The position numbers and the translations under genes were made by a program. A stretch of 64,000 bases of DNA from Owenia fusiformis (taxonomy: Eukaryota), in assembly GCA_903813345.2 (NCBI GenBank), contig CAIIXF020000001.1, positions 17,360,001-17,424,000 on the forward strand. Direction: 5' to 3'. Below the pieces are notes generated by a model. It made no database searches, was not told the origin of the DNA, and was given only the letters and a program-made list of their open reading frames with translations. This document shows, piece after piece, positions 15,101-30,100 of the stretch (positions within the stretch are counted from its first letter, which is position 1; each line of letters begins with the position of its first letter).

Positions 15101-18100
15101 CAAGACTTTACAGGTAAGCAGTATACTTAGTGAAAGATGATCATGGATATACTGAATTAAAACAACTCCGTAGTCAAACAACATAACGTCAACATTCAGG
15201 AATCTCTCAACCTTATTAACCCATTCATTATACTTGCTATAACGCCTAAACGAGGTGTTTTAACTGTTATTTTCTCATTGGTCCTGAAAAACATACTATC
15301 TTGCAGTTGGTTGAACAAATTTAATTACTGATTTACGTGACATGTACTAGTATGACATAACTAATATTTATATTGTTTACAGGAGGTAGTGATGTAACTG
15401 TCAAGATCGTCAACCAACAACAGTTCCTTACGAAAACTACTGAGTCCGTCTTCAAGGTACTTTACACTGTATCTGTTGATGGCAATCGTATAGATACCAG
15501 TGCATACAGAGTCATTACCTATGACATGTACAATACACTTATTGAGGATATAAAGATCTCGGGCCTGGAAACAACATACGCAAGTCTATTAGTTGATGAA
15601 ACATTGTTGGGTCCCCTGTCCAGAGTTGAAATGGAGGATGTTGTGTCGTTCTTTATCACCAAAAAACTTATTGCAAATGAAAGTGAACGATTTGTCAATA
15701 TCATAAAGACGAGGAGTGAAAAACGTTTCAAGAAGGATGTGATTGTGGACAACTTAAAACAAGAAGAGTTCATAGATCAGTTTGGGTGAGTTAGAAGACA
15801 TGTTCTGAGATCCTATGTTTACAATTAATTTTATATATTGTTGATGATCATGATTGAGAACGCACAAACCATAAGGCTCAATAGTATTTTATCGTTTTCT
15901 TACTAACCAAATTATTGTGTTCTTATTTTAGCCTAACATTTGTGAAGTTTAGCTTCACATTGGAGACAACATCTGGACGTCTTGAGCATATTGTGGCATT
16001 GCAATCATCTGAACTAAATGTGTTAAAACAGGAAATAGCTAAAACAGATTTGGAGCTTGAGATTGCAAATGTTGATATAACAAAACTGAAAGATGTGTCA
16101 TCATCTTTCAAAATATTGCTGACATCTAAAATACCTAAAGTAGATAGAACCAGTATAGAGAATTCAATGATTCAATACTATAAGGAAAGTTTAGGTAAGT
16201 GTTTCATGTTTCATCAAAATATAACTTTACACAGCTTTTTCAGTGCTTCGGAAACCTATTTGCATATACATGTTTCTCATTCTTAACATTAAATCATTCC
16301 TTGATTGTATATGGAATATTTTTATATTTTAGGATTAGATTTATCTGTACAGATCGCCATGCAGAAGGAAGTACTAACCACGACAAGGTGGGATATAATT
16401 GACATTGTTGAATGTAAATTGTTAGGATTACATCAAATACGTTTTCATGTGTAATGCATTCGTGTTTTTATATCAACTTTAAATACATGTGGTTTCTTAT
16501 ATCAACCGACTTTGTATTTTAATTGGTTATATGGATTTTGACGTTATTAGAATGTTTCCCTAATGTCGTCAATATAATGGGACAGATAGATATGTATAAT
16601 ATATGTGATTGATGCAATTATTTCAAAGAAGAATGTTGCGCCGATAAAAATGTTTTAACTTTTGAATAATTGGTTATCGTTTTGTTATAGAGTGGTAAAT
16701 CAAGTTACATACTTCATATCATCTGACACCATGATAGAAAAGACATCGGACGAATTGGAAGTATCCACCACTCAATTTAATGCAATACTCAAAGCCTCCA
16801 AGAAGCAATATGTATCAATAGACAAGGAACAAACTACTGTCATAAAGGATAACCAAGTATTTGAATTACTACTGAACAAAGCAATTCATGAAACAAAGTT
16901 CCAACAAATCGGCAATGTTATAAGGAAGGCTATCATCACTGGACAAAGTCCATCTATTGAAACTAGCTTGCTGCGGGTCAACATAAGGAGTGTTAAAGAA
17001 GTCATAACGGCAACAGGGTAGGAATTTTAAGCAAACACTGATTGTTTTAGTTTGATATGTATACACATGTACCAAGGGAAGGTATCAAAAGGTGTTAAAA
17101 AATAGAGCATGAACATGAAACACGAACGAGTACATATAGTCATAAGGAAAAGTTTAGCTCCAAATATCCCAAGCATTGATCTAAATACATGTGAGGAAAC
17201 ATAGCAACTTTGATTGTTCCATCAATATCCAGCATCCAGTATTGAAACATTGTAATTAATAAAATGCTATATTTTCAGAAGCATATCTTTCAAGATATCA
17301 TATTATCTAGATGAATCTACAACTGGCAATATCATTGATAAGACAGTGATAATGCTTCCAAGTGTAACTGAGTTAAATGATGCTGTAACATCATTGAATG
17401 TCCTGCCACCAAGTGGACAATATGAGTTTGCAGATGCATCGGACTCAAATGTGTACCAAGGGGATGTGCAGATAGATGTCAATTTGAAGCACAAAATCAT
17501 TAAGAAACAGATGCCGGATTTCGAGATATCTCTAAAAGAGGCGTGGTTGGAAAAGAATGCAGGTACAAATGTTGCAACAGAAAACAACCATTTAATTACC
17601 CTTATAAAGAAGTTTCACACTATCAGTGTCAGGAATGATATTGGACTACTTTGTATGATCAAATTCTATTCAATCATAGCCAAAACTTTGCAATGTAAAG
17701 AATTTTTATTATATTATGTTAATTATAAACATGTTATAATCATAGAAGTCATAGTAAGAGGCCAATTATTAATGATTTAATCTTAAGAAGTTTCTGTAAT
17801 GATTCCGCTGATTACTGACATTCTGTTATATTTAGGTTTCGATGTATCTTCAACCAAAGTGACAATAGTGAAACAAGAGCAGTTCTTTGATAACATTGGG
17901 TAAGCTAAAACTAAGTAACAAAATGTTCTTTTGTACATTTCAATTCATGAGTACAATAATTGCATTTTTCACTTAGGTGAACAGTGCAATATTTTCATAC
18001 TAATTCATAATACTCTGTATTTCTCATTGTCATTGTGACTCCGTTGATATTCTTTGCAGGCAAGTCATGTTTAAGGTTCTATACAGTGTGAAGGTCAATG

Positions 18101-21100
18101 GCAAACCTGTGGATAAAACTAACCTTGATGATATTGAAAATAGCCTCATCAGCAGTAAAATTAACTTCAAGACTGTGAAGATGACTGATGTCCAAATTTT
18201 GGAAAAATCAGCAGCTAAAATCAATTCAAGAGATACAGTGACGCTTTATTTGAAGACTTTGAAGATTGATTCTGATGACATTGGGGTGATACAAGATGCT
18301 TTAGCTGCAAAGTTGAATGAATTGTCACAAGCAAATGGTTTATCATACTTGAAAGGTAAGACCCTTACTAGTAAATATCAGTATTCAGATTCACATCTTC
18401 CCTTGTGTTATTTTGCAATTTGTTCCACACTATGCTTTTAATGGATTCTCACATACTAATTGATGATTTGCTATTTTTTAGATATCAAATGTGAAATTGT
18501 GAGTCAAATACGGGGTATTAGTTACAATCAAGGGTGAGTAGGATTAATAGAATTACCTTATATCAAATGTTGTCGTTTCAAAGAATGTAATGTAAATGAT
18601 GAACTTTAATAACCTGAAGTTCATATTCCCATGTCCTATTTTACTTTAGGTCCCTCGGTGCAAGTGTATACAAGGTAGTGGTAGTATTCAAGGATGGTAC
18701 TAATGTTTTTAAACCAGACCTTTATCCAACGATAACATTTGCTGACTGGAACAGTGTTATATCTGGCCTCAAGCAGTCTATAGGAAGCTTGGACAGATTC
18801 AGACAAAAGTATGTATACTTGTCAAATTCTGAACATAAATGACATTTGATTATTATTATCTTCATGCTCGATCCTAACAATGAGATCTTTGTTTTCGTAC
18901 TATCAGACGAAGCGATGATTTACCTTCATTTGCTGAGTGGGCAATTGATGTTGATGAAAATGTTATTGATGAGACGGCAGCCTTCAGTCTTGCAACAACA
19001 ACTGACGTTCCTATTGATCAATATGGAAATCTTGCTCAGGCTATCAGCAATGATGTAAAAAATGCCAATCCAGAGCTTGCAGGCTCGAATCTGGATACAA
19101 GTGTTATCAGACAGGGTCCTGTGATCGTCCAAACTACTGGGTATGTAATAATGCCAATATCGACTCTCCTTTACCTTTCTTTCATTCATCACCACCAAAT
19201 CGATAAGACTATCTCAGTACAAATGTCAAATGGGTGTTTAATAGACTGATCAAAATATCTTTTCAATAGGACTTGGGTCAGAGATAGCTCAACACTGTTT
19301 TATTGATAGTACAGTAGTATATATTTGATATTTCCATGATATTGGTTCTATAGCAATGGAACATTTATTGGTCAAACAACAATGTATTCAATGTCCCGAA
19401 GCTATGTAACTTATACTAAACGATGTTGGCATATCCATGAAATGCTCATGACATAAACTTAACATGACAATTGGCAATTACACAATTTGAAAGAAGTATA
19501 TACATTATGTTTGGAAGGCAAAGGCTCTCTAGGGTAGATACAATCATTAAGGTAGATGACCAGCCTCTGGATTACCAAGATTACCCCAATATCAACATTA
19601 TTAGCGTAACTGAGGAGTTCAACAAAATGACTATTGAAAACGTTGTCATCACAGAGGTATGTTAGTCAACTGTTGTTTAAATTATACAGTCTGGATAAAG
19701 ATGTTCAGTAAGAACTATCTAGTACTATCTAGTACTTGATTGGATTGTTAAATGCTAGAGTGTTTTGTTTTGTGTAGAGTGTAAACTTTCTTATAATGTT
19801 AGTGATGCTTCTCGGTGTAATTTCATGTTAATTATATTTAACCTTTACTGCAGGTTCAAATCGACCAATTGGTGTCCTTTGACTTTGCATTCACAGTGGT
19901 TCTGACAGCCAAGGTACTTCCAGGTGACATTGCTGCTTTAACACAGGCTCTTGTAGATTATCATACTACAGGTAAGAGCTTTGTTTTTAGAAAAGCATAC
20001 AGATCCTACATTATACATTTGTATAGTTAGTAATATAGTGATTGGTGCATTTTATCTGCAAGAAAGACAAATAAGATCTCGTTAATATAAGCAATGGAAA
20101 GTACAGGGAAAGCAAAAATAAACACACATAAATCAACGAAATAGCGCACCTAGCTTCAAAATACTAGTTATGACGTGCACGGACCTGGGGACAATTCGGA
20201 AAATACAGGCTAATCTCAGCTTTAAGCGTTGATATCTGCCTTATTTAAAAAGCTAACTATGTGCATTATATATCATTTTGAAGTATTTTTTATTCGCATT
20301 TCACTGAAATCATTTTTCCTTGAAAAGTTTGATGAGATCTACCATATTTTTAAAGTTAAATGTACTCCGACATCGTCAAATACGCTGTAAGACGTAACAT
20401 TCCATGCTTACACGGTTCGTTGAATTCGGGATAACTTTTGAAATACTGATCAGAATTTTGCTAAAATTTCACATTTTATTCATTGAAACATGTGCTTTTA
20501 TGACGTCACAATTGTCTAGCGGCTACAGTTCAAATCGTCTTATATGAACGCTTTTAAAATTTTCAAAATTGTGTAAGGTTTTGAAGGCGAAGGAGACAAG
20601 CAATAAGTTTACCTTTATTTAACCTCCTAATTTAGGTCTGATTTCAAAAAAAATTTAACTGCACAATATTGTCATGGCGAAATTTACAAAACAATAACCG
20701 ATTTCTTTATTCTTCAAATAATAAGAAAATAAGAGTTGCTTTTAGAAACTTGAAAAAATGTAACGCATCGATTTTTACCACAAATCTCATACATATCAAT
20801 TTTTGCTAACGCCCCAAGTGGATTTCCTGACCGTTTTTCAAAAATCAAAAACATTTTAGAAATATTGTCCTCGAGATCTTGTTGCTCTGTGAATTTTACC
20901 AGGATTGAATAAGAATAAAGCATCTTATTTCTAGGTTGACTAAAATTGACAAAATGTAACGCTTGTCGTTTTTGACGTTATAATGCTGATTGCGCCCTAT
21001 ACTGCCCACTGTATTGTTTGGTATTTTTACGCCATAATGTTACTCTAATTGTCCCCAGTTTCGTGCGACGTGTAAGTATGTTTGGGAAATTGTTTTCTCA

Positions 21101-24100
21101 TTAATTTATTATTTATTTTAGATGCTACAGTTACACGCGTGTCTATAGTCAGTCAGTTCGAGGTTCTGAGCTTGTCCAGGTAATCTATTTTCATATATTT
21201 ATACTGGATATTTTTGTTCCGCAATAGACATTTTATCAAATGAACACGAATCAATTAATTTTTATTTCACTTAAAAGCTTACCCAATGCGCATCCTTATT
21301 TTTATTCAGTTGATAATTTTTCTTCAGACATTTGATTGAGTTGAAATACTTCCTGTACCAAGACAATATGGTTGTCAATGCCAGAGATGAGGCCCAGGTT
21401 GATGTAGTGACTTTGAACTCTAATTTTACTGATGCGGGGCTAACAATTGAGGCTGTGGACAGGTCTGAAGTGATTGATATTTCCAATGAGCTCTATGTCG
21501 TATTAAATGCTCAGCTTGAAGATGCAAATTATGTGGTTTTCCAAAGTAAACTTGAGGAGATCCTAAGACAACTAAATCCAGGTGAGAAATTTACCAAAAA
21601 AATTATTTGGATAAGAGAGGCATAATCCGATGTAAGATGAAATTGTTTGTGATAAAAACGTGGCATTTTATAGAAAAGAGGTTCGTATCAAATTCTGCCG
21701 ATATTGTGAACTTGGATATTTTTATATTTTTATAGTTTAGCGTCAGAGTTTTTTTTAATAATTTTATTCTAGGTTTTTCATCATTGACCGTAACTATCCG
21801 CAGGCAGCGAGAGGTAGTAACAACAGGGTAAGTAAAAAGAAAAAATGAGACCAACTTCTGAGGAAAACGTTGCACTAATAATTAACGATTTCGAATCATT
21901 ATTTGTATGCAACAATGGAAATTTCATAATCGTATCTGTAATTTGAACTTATGTATTAATCTGATCCACCCCTCCTGAATCTAGGAAAAAAGATGGAGTT
22001 TGACTCTTAAAATTGCAGAACCCATTTCTTGAATTGCAGAACCGATTTAATTCATACTCCATTGTATTTTAGATACGCGTATTATCAGCTGACCTATATA
22101 TGTCAAGGTGAAAATGATGAAATAATTCCTGCAGCATCTCTGACCACATTCACTACCACCGATCTTCAATCCAAGATCAATTCCATCACACGTGCCAGGG
22201 GAGGAACATATACAGCAATAAAGAGTGTTTTGACGTTATACAGTTATGACTATCGCTACAGCTTGTATGTTAAAGAGGAAGTTAATGCTAATTTGTTTGA
22301 AACTTACTCTGAAGTGATCAAGTTAGCTTGGCTGAAAGCAAACTCAGGTAGCTAAATGTTTTGTCTTGCTGTTTTGAAATACTATGCAATTAATTAATCG
22401 ATTTATGACTTTTCTTCGCCATCCATATCTTAAATTGTAAAAGCTATTATCAATTTCCATTGTGAGATTCTATATTGGTTATTTCAGACTTTACAGAAGC
22501 GGCTCTCAAAGTACTGGTTTATGATGTTGATGTAGTATATGAGATCTCAACAGGGTATTTGATCTATTTCATTAATACTCATTAATAATCATATATTATC
22601 TAATATGAATTAACTATTTTTATTAGTGTACATAGCCGAATCTAAAATATCGTTTTCGATTTGCTCAATTTTGAGTTCTTGAGCCAACGTCTAATTTGAC
22701 AGAGTGTATTTATACGATTTGGCGTAGCATTAACACATATTGTATATTTATATTTCAGGAAAATTGAATATGAAATTCTCTATGTCATGTCCCTTCATAG
22801 TCAGCAAATAGATTCTGTATTAACTGGTGAACTACCGTTACCAATACTCACAAGCACTGTATCCACATTTATCACTGACAAGACATTGGTAACCAGCTTC
22901 ACTGAACATACACGTGGGGAAGTAATGAGAGTCAGATATACATCTCAATTGTATATGTCCGACTATGTCACTCAAACTGATCTTCTGGAATTCCAGAATA
23001 GGATGGTACGGGTTGTTGAGACTAAACTTTCTCTCACTGCTGGTATGTGATTAACTCCTATTTTTGTTTATATATTGTTTGAAAGTCTCATTATATTTGT
23101 ATCGGATATTAATTATCATAATAGTCTTATCTATATCTGTCTGTTTTGGCGTGACATAGACCTAGAAAATTCTTGGTCAATATGTCATTTTGCTGCAGAA
23201 GTAACTTGAATTTTGATATTATTTGTAGGATCAAGTGGACTAACATGCTTCATTATTAACCAGGAAGAACTATTCAGTGCTTCATTAAAGTAAGTATGCT
23301 ATTGCATATTGGTCTTCCTATTCTAGAGGTATGTTGTATACTTGATTATATTAATTCAAAAGGAAGTGCACTTTAAGAATATTATGGAGAGTAAGACAAG
23401 CATTGGGTGATATTAATGGGAAAGAACATATTTACGTGGTGAGATCAGATGATCTGCCCGATATAAGAGATAAGGCTTCTTTTCATGATATAGTATGTCT
23501 CGTTATTGCAAAGAAAATAACAGAATAAATGATATTTATTTACTACACTCTCATATATAGCCATATAAATTATTGTATTCTTATCTAGGGAACAACAACT
23601 AAAGCTTTATTGTTTCAAATTCTGAAAGTACAAAAAAAGATTATAAAGACTAATTACAAACAGTGCTAGAACAGATAGATACATTATTTCATGTGGTATA
23701 ATGAAGCATCTTAGTTAAAATGCATAATGTGTTTTTCTTTTTATTATTCTGAAAAATTTCGTGATCGCTGATAAACCTCCCCGTGATCTTGCTTTATGAT
23801 ATTAGCATACTGTTCTTATAAAAGGACTTATGCGTCCATGCATTTATCGATCATGATGATTTCGTAGATGAATGTTCTTTTAAAAGATTTTAAAAGTTGA
23901 AAATTTGTTGAAATCTCATTCCAGTCAACCTGTGTTTGAAATAACCTTTGGGTTCCATCTGAATGAAGTATCTTACAACAAGTATCTGTACTCCGAGCTG
24001 GAGTTCACGGAAATCAAAGACAAACTCCAAACCTTGAACAAGGACCCAACAGATACATATGGGGATATATTACTGGACCCTGTCACAATAGGAAAACTTA

Positions 24101-27100
24101 CAAAACCAGTTGAAAAGAAACCTGGTGGATTCACAATATATCTAGACATGAGTCTGAAAGTGACAGATGAGCAGGTGATGATGACTGCCTTGGTGAACTC
24201 ATATAAACAAACAGGTAGACCATTCATTTTAATGCTGTACCTAGTATTTTGTAAAGTATGAAGAATCATTTACTTATTCAGATATATTTACTTATTCACA
24301 CATATATGTGAAAGGAAAGGACTGTAAGTAGATTGAGTTTCTTGGTCATGATATCTAGAAAATGTCTACACTGCAAAGATAATTGACTTTAAAATTGGTT
24401 GAAAGAAGATTATTTGGAGTAGAAAAGATTATGACGTACGTGCTAAATAGAAATATATTGCATAAAAATACATCAATTTTGCACATACCTTTTAACATTT
24501 TAACTTTAGCTGGAGACGTTACCATGCAGCTTATTACACAGACCGCATACATTGACTCTCAGGGGTAAGTATTCATCTCAATACTCACAAGAGACTCTTG
24601 ATTTCATTCAATATGATTATTTTATTTATTGTTAGATTCCCTTAACTCATCTCAAATTATGTAGACATTATAGGAAATGCACATAATATAGTACTTTACA
24701 CATAATTCTATATACAGGTCCACAAGGGACTCGTTTTTCGTTTTGACTTGTAATTTTAATTACTCTGTAATGACTGGTTTAGTATTTGTTCTCTTTGTAG
24801 TAAATAGTGACTATTGACCACAATAAAATTACAACAACCATTATATGATTTTGATATTTTACAGAGAAACCGTGTATGAGTTACTTGTATCCATTTCTGT
24901 GAACAACATCAGCCTTCCTGAAGATGACCCATTCACATTTGACATCAGCTCTGTTAACACTGAAATACAGAAATTGACATTTACACGAACATATACTGCG
25001 TTAGATCTAGATATTGTTAATTTGCGAAAAGAGAAGTTTGCTGTATATCTATATTTCTACAAAGAAGTGAGATTGATGGATATCGATGATATTCAAGCTT
25101 CACTAGCAGAGTATTTTAAGACCATTGTTACAGGTTAGAATATATATTATAGTTGATTGTTATTTTAGATGGAATTAGCATTCTCTTGGTCGATTCTAAT
25201 TGAGAAATGGATGCATTTGCAAGATTTCACAATGAATAGATTTGAAATCAAATTAGTTAATAAGTGTATTCATTTTCCTTTTTAGGACCTGGCTCAGTAA
25301 CTCTATCAATATTCAAACAAAATGAATATGTGATAGCTGAGACAACTCAGACAGTATATAGAGCGGGCTGCTTCATCAATACTGGGAGCAAAGTTGTTGA
25401 TACATCAACTATGGGCACGATTGACTACACCAAGTTAAGATCTGTGCTTGATAGCAGTAAAGTACAATATTCTATAGTTGACCAAACGGATGGGGTTACC
25501 TTTGTGGATTATACTACTTTGTATTCATTCTACACCAACCTCGAGATATCAGCAGATAATATAGAAACACTGGAGTCTGCCATTAAAAAAGCTTATAGTA
25601 AGACGATTAATTACTTGTATATACACGTGTTCAATAATAAATATTATTCATTTACTATTACTACATGTACTATGTATAGATAAATGTCTGGGGTAGAACC
25701 GTAATGTGTTAATATTTCGAAGTGTTTTAGTACCTTGTGTATTCAATTAAAATCATTCAGAAAAAGAAAAAATTAAATTGGCTCAAATATTTTCAGACAA
25801 CAGGGTAGATATCAAAATAATTAAGCAAGAGGAAGTCCTAACGATAACTGGTGCATCCACGAATAAGATTCTCTACCCTATTACAACTGATGTGGACATT
25901 GCATCATTGTCATTAGACATGGCATCCCTTGGAACCAAACTCACATCGTTGACCTCACCTCAGGGTGTAGCATACACCATCGTAACTGATACACAGGAAT
26001 ACATAAGATCTGTTGCTTTGCATAAAGTTTACTTTAGCAAAAAGATAAAAGAGAATCGCTTTGACAAACTGAAGACTGTTTTGAATACCTACTGGAACCG
26101 TTATTCTAGTGATGTAGAAGTTGAAATAGTCAAACAAGAGGAGCACATAAAAGAATTTGGGTAAGTATATAATTATACTAAGTTGGTAGTAAAAAGGGCA
26201 ATACTAGAAACTAGAAAGAATACAATATTATTTGTATAAAGTTGAAACAAACGTGAACTACCAAATTGTATTTCGTAAATAAATCATACCTACGTTCAAC
26301 ATGATTTGTGTTTTGTTTTATATGCATCTACCTTTCCAGTCAGTCAATATGGAAGGTAATATATCTAGTGTCAACTGTGAATAAAAACAATGCGACTGTT
26401 TACCTCGGGCCAAACAAGCTTAATGAACTTGATAGTGCAGCTCTTCAAACAGACGTTACAGATGCCAACATAGTTGACATATATGACAATGTTTACACAA
26501 TTGTTTCCGGGGAAAACACGGTTGACTCCACCCGCACATTCTATGTCAGCTTCTCCAGAGCAATTCTGGTCATGGATCTTCAGAATGTACTCGATGCAGT
26601 TGAAAATGCTTGGATGACAAAATACTCAGGTATATATTGGTGAATTTTATGATTAAAACGATTCATTTGTCAATGTTTGGTGGTTCATTGTGAATGCTTA
26701 ACTCTTTATAATTAGACAATCAACTTTTATGTGTGTCCATGATTAAGTGGTCAGATACACATATGTGAACACTAATTATAGTATTGACTATAAGCTATCG
26801 TGATTGTAATAATTCCAGATTTGAGGAACAAGCCTACAAAACTTGTATTTGGGAGTCTCACCGAATATATAACAAAGTAAGTAAAACAGTTTGTCATATT
26901 CACTTTTTAAATTTAATGTTTATTTCAGTTTCAAAATTTTGAAGAGCTGTCTCTCTCAAATATTTATAATCCCTTTTACAATAACATCTCAAAAAGAAAC
27001 TTTCATCGGGTAATAAGTAAATGATTTGTCTTGCAGTGGTTGTAGAGTTTGGAAGATTGAGTACTCTTTGAGAATTTATGATCAGATTATCAACCCGGTT

Positions 27101-30100
27101 GTGTATGGCGAATTCACGACCAGTGAACTCCAAGCTGCTTTGTTTGGTGTTAAAGATTCTGGCACAGCCAATGACAATTATGCTTCATATGTAATAAGTC
27201 CAGGTTCAAATCGTCAATGTAGACCTACACTATCCACTGACCTGAGAAGTAGAGACTTGTTTGATATAACATTGATTGAAAAGGTTGCTGAAGCAGATTA
27301 CGTCAAGTTTGCTGACATACTAAAGGAAAGTTATCAATCTGAATCAAGTATTGATATTGATCTTACCCAACTTGAAGTTGCAGTGCAAGACATGGAGGAG
27401 GTTGTGTTGAATAGGCAAGTTGATCGATTCGTTATATCTACGCTTAAGTGTATGTCTCCATAATAGGTCTCTATATTGCTATAATAAATAACTGATTATA
27501 CTTGGTTTTGCCAAAAAATTCTGATTTTTTCTACAAACTATGAAAGTGTGTTCCCAGTTTGCAGCTCATTTATTTACATTTAAGGATTGACTTTGTGTTT
27601 TCATTATGAGTTATTTATGTTTGCATATTAGAAAGTCTTACTGGAGGTTGATCTACTCTTTGAGCATTGGAGATCTCGTTCTAAGTCCCTCAGATCTGGT
27701 GCCCATTAATCAAGAAAAGGGCCTTGTCATTGATGTAACAAGTGAGCTTGGGTTCAACTATACATTAGCTGTACTAGGGTCAGATGTTCCAATGAGATCG
27801 GCGGTTGCATTCACATTGCTCTTGGACTCCCCCATTGGTTTCAAAGACTTTGACAATGTCACAACTGCAATAATGAATTATTGGAAAGAATCGGGTAGGT
27901 ATTTTTGGTATAACATTTGTGATTATGTAACAATTACACCTTTAAAAGCTTTTGCAGAATGTCCATGCAGTATATGATTATCATTAACATTTTAGATTCG
28001 GCAAAGGTGACTATAGAATTTGGAACAGTTGAAGAGGTTGTCTCATATGAGAGGTAATATATTTTATTCTATTCATGAACAAATACAATTGAAGATTTTC
28101 AGTATTGCTGATGGTTTTTAAAATGTTCTCAATACCAACAGTATTGATAAGCTGGTATTGATAGATTTACCCAATGACGCTAAAAAGAAGGCCCGTATAT
28201 TTTTTCTTTTAAGATGGGTTTTAGAGACAAATGGTGGCTATTGGCAAACTATTTTACTTGTAGTTATATATAATAGTACAAAAAATAATTTTACTCAAAG
28301 ATTTCTGAATTGGGCAAATTTTTGTGAGCAATTGTGTGATATGTACAGTTAAAATTAAATTTAATCCGGCCCTATGCAGCTAAGGGTATTGGAATTAAAG
28401 AGTGATTATTGTCAAACTGTATACAACTTGAGTTTAAATGTGTTTGCAGAAGCTTTTGGCAGATTTCCTTGTTTGTGACTGAAAATGGGATTGATATTGA
28501 TGCAAGGACAAGCAAAGACATTGACATCCAGGATATGCAAACAAGATTAGATCTCATTACTGCTAAGGCTTACAAAGTAATAAGTAAAGAGGGGAGAATA
28601 TTGAGAAAGACCAAGGAAAGCTTCTCTGTATACTTCAACTCTGAGGTCACAAGAACTAATTTAGAGGTTCTTAAAGAAAGGATAAAGGAAGTGATAGTTG
28701 CGGCTGATACCAAGATCGATAAAAATGATGTGGTTGTAACCCTTGGTGTCCAGGAAGAGGTTTTAAGTCTTACTGGGTAAGTACTAGGGTGAAGTAATGA
28801 GTCCAATAAACATCAATATACCAAAAGCTATATTGAAAAAGCATATGTAGAGCAGTAAAATAAAATCATCGAAAAATGTCCACAAACATGAAATTATAAA
28901 TTGAATACATGGTTAACATTTGACATATTTTAAAAAATGTTTTCGTTTTCTAGGTCATCATACTGGCGCATAAACTACTTTTTGGACATAGATGACAAAC
29001 CCATTGATTCCATGGTAACAGTTGATATCAATGTTAATGAACTCCAGGCCAGGTTTAATATAACTGGTCCAAATGACATCCCCTATGCAGTTTTAAAAAT
29101 TACCAAGGAAGATAGACGAGATTTGAAACGAATCAGTCAAGCAACATCGTTGTTTGTGAAATGGGCTGTCAGAAAGAATGATTTTGCTACCATGAAAAGT
29201 GTTCTTCAGACAATGTGGACCGGCGAATTGGGTATGTCAATTTTCTTAAATAAATGTTATAATTCAGTTGTGTATTACAATTTATCAAGTTTTATTTGGG
29301 CATATTCCAGTGTAATTGATACAACAATTTCTTATTCATTCATTTAATTTAGGTGTCGACGTTATGGTGACGTTGGGTCATCATGAAGAGTACCTCCTGC
29401 CAACTGGGTAAGCAGACGATACAAAAATAGTGAAATGGAATTTATTCAACACGCCTGTAATACGAGGGGTGATTCAAAAGTAATGGACAAAATTTTATAG
29501 GCACGCTTACCTTTACCAGATTTGAATGAAACTTTGTACAAATAAAGATTAATCAATTATCTATTCGATGTTAAAATTTTATTAACTAAATGCAAATACA
29601 TTTTGAGATAGAGCACTTCTCTTGGATCATGGTGCATACACCCGGAATCCATTTTTAAGGCTATTTTCATCATAATAACAAATGGATTTTCAATGAAAAG
29701 TTTGCTGGTGCAATATATTTTGCAATGCAAGATGTATATGAAAAGCATATCGCAGTAAGTTCAATAATAATCCATATCATTCCTTATTATTCCTGATGAT
29801 CATCCATTTGAATTATATTCAATCCTCAATGTATTCTCCTCCAAGTTCAATTACTTTCTTCTGTCACATGTTCTTCAGTGTCAATCTCCTGTCTGCATTT
29901 AGGATGGACTCTACATGGTGAATAGTGTTATCAGTGCGGCCAGTCTTGGGCCTTCCAGATCGCTTTAGATCTAAGACTCTCGTATCCCCTTCATTAAAGT
30001 GTTTGTACCATCGCTCAATGGCTTGCCTTGACAAGGCCTTGTCTCCATGTGTCTCTTTTATTTTCTTGACAACTGGCTGCCTTGTCTCTCCAGTAGCTAC

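Noticed and set aside
25286-25310. GPGSVTL and several G|S hairpin junctions as SEA autoproteolysis sites
   Set aside because: PGSVT lies before the short strand rather than in the predicted beta2-beta3 turn; the G-S junctions at 200/508, 11098/11354, 17017/17279, 18533/18650 and 28776/28954 lack the G-S-V-V-V context
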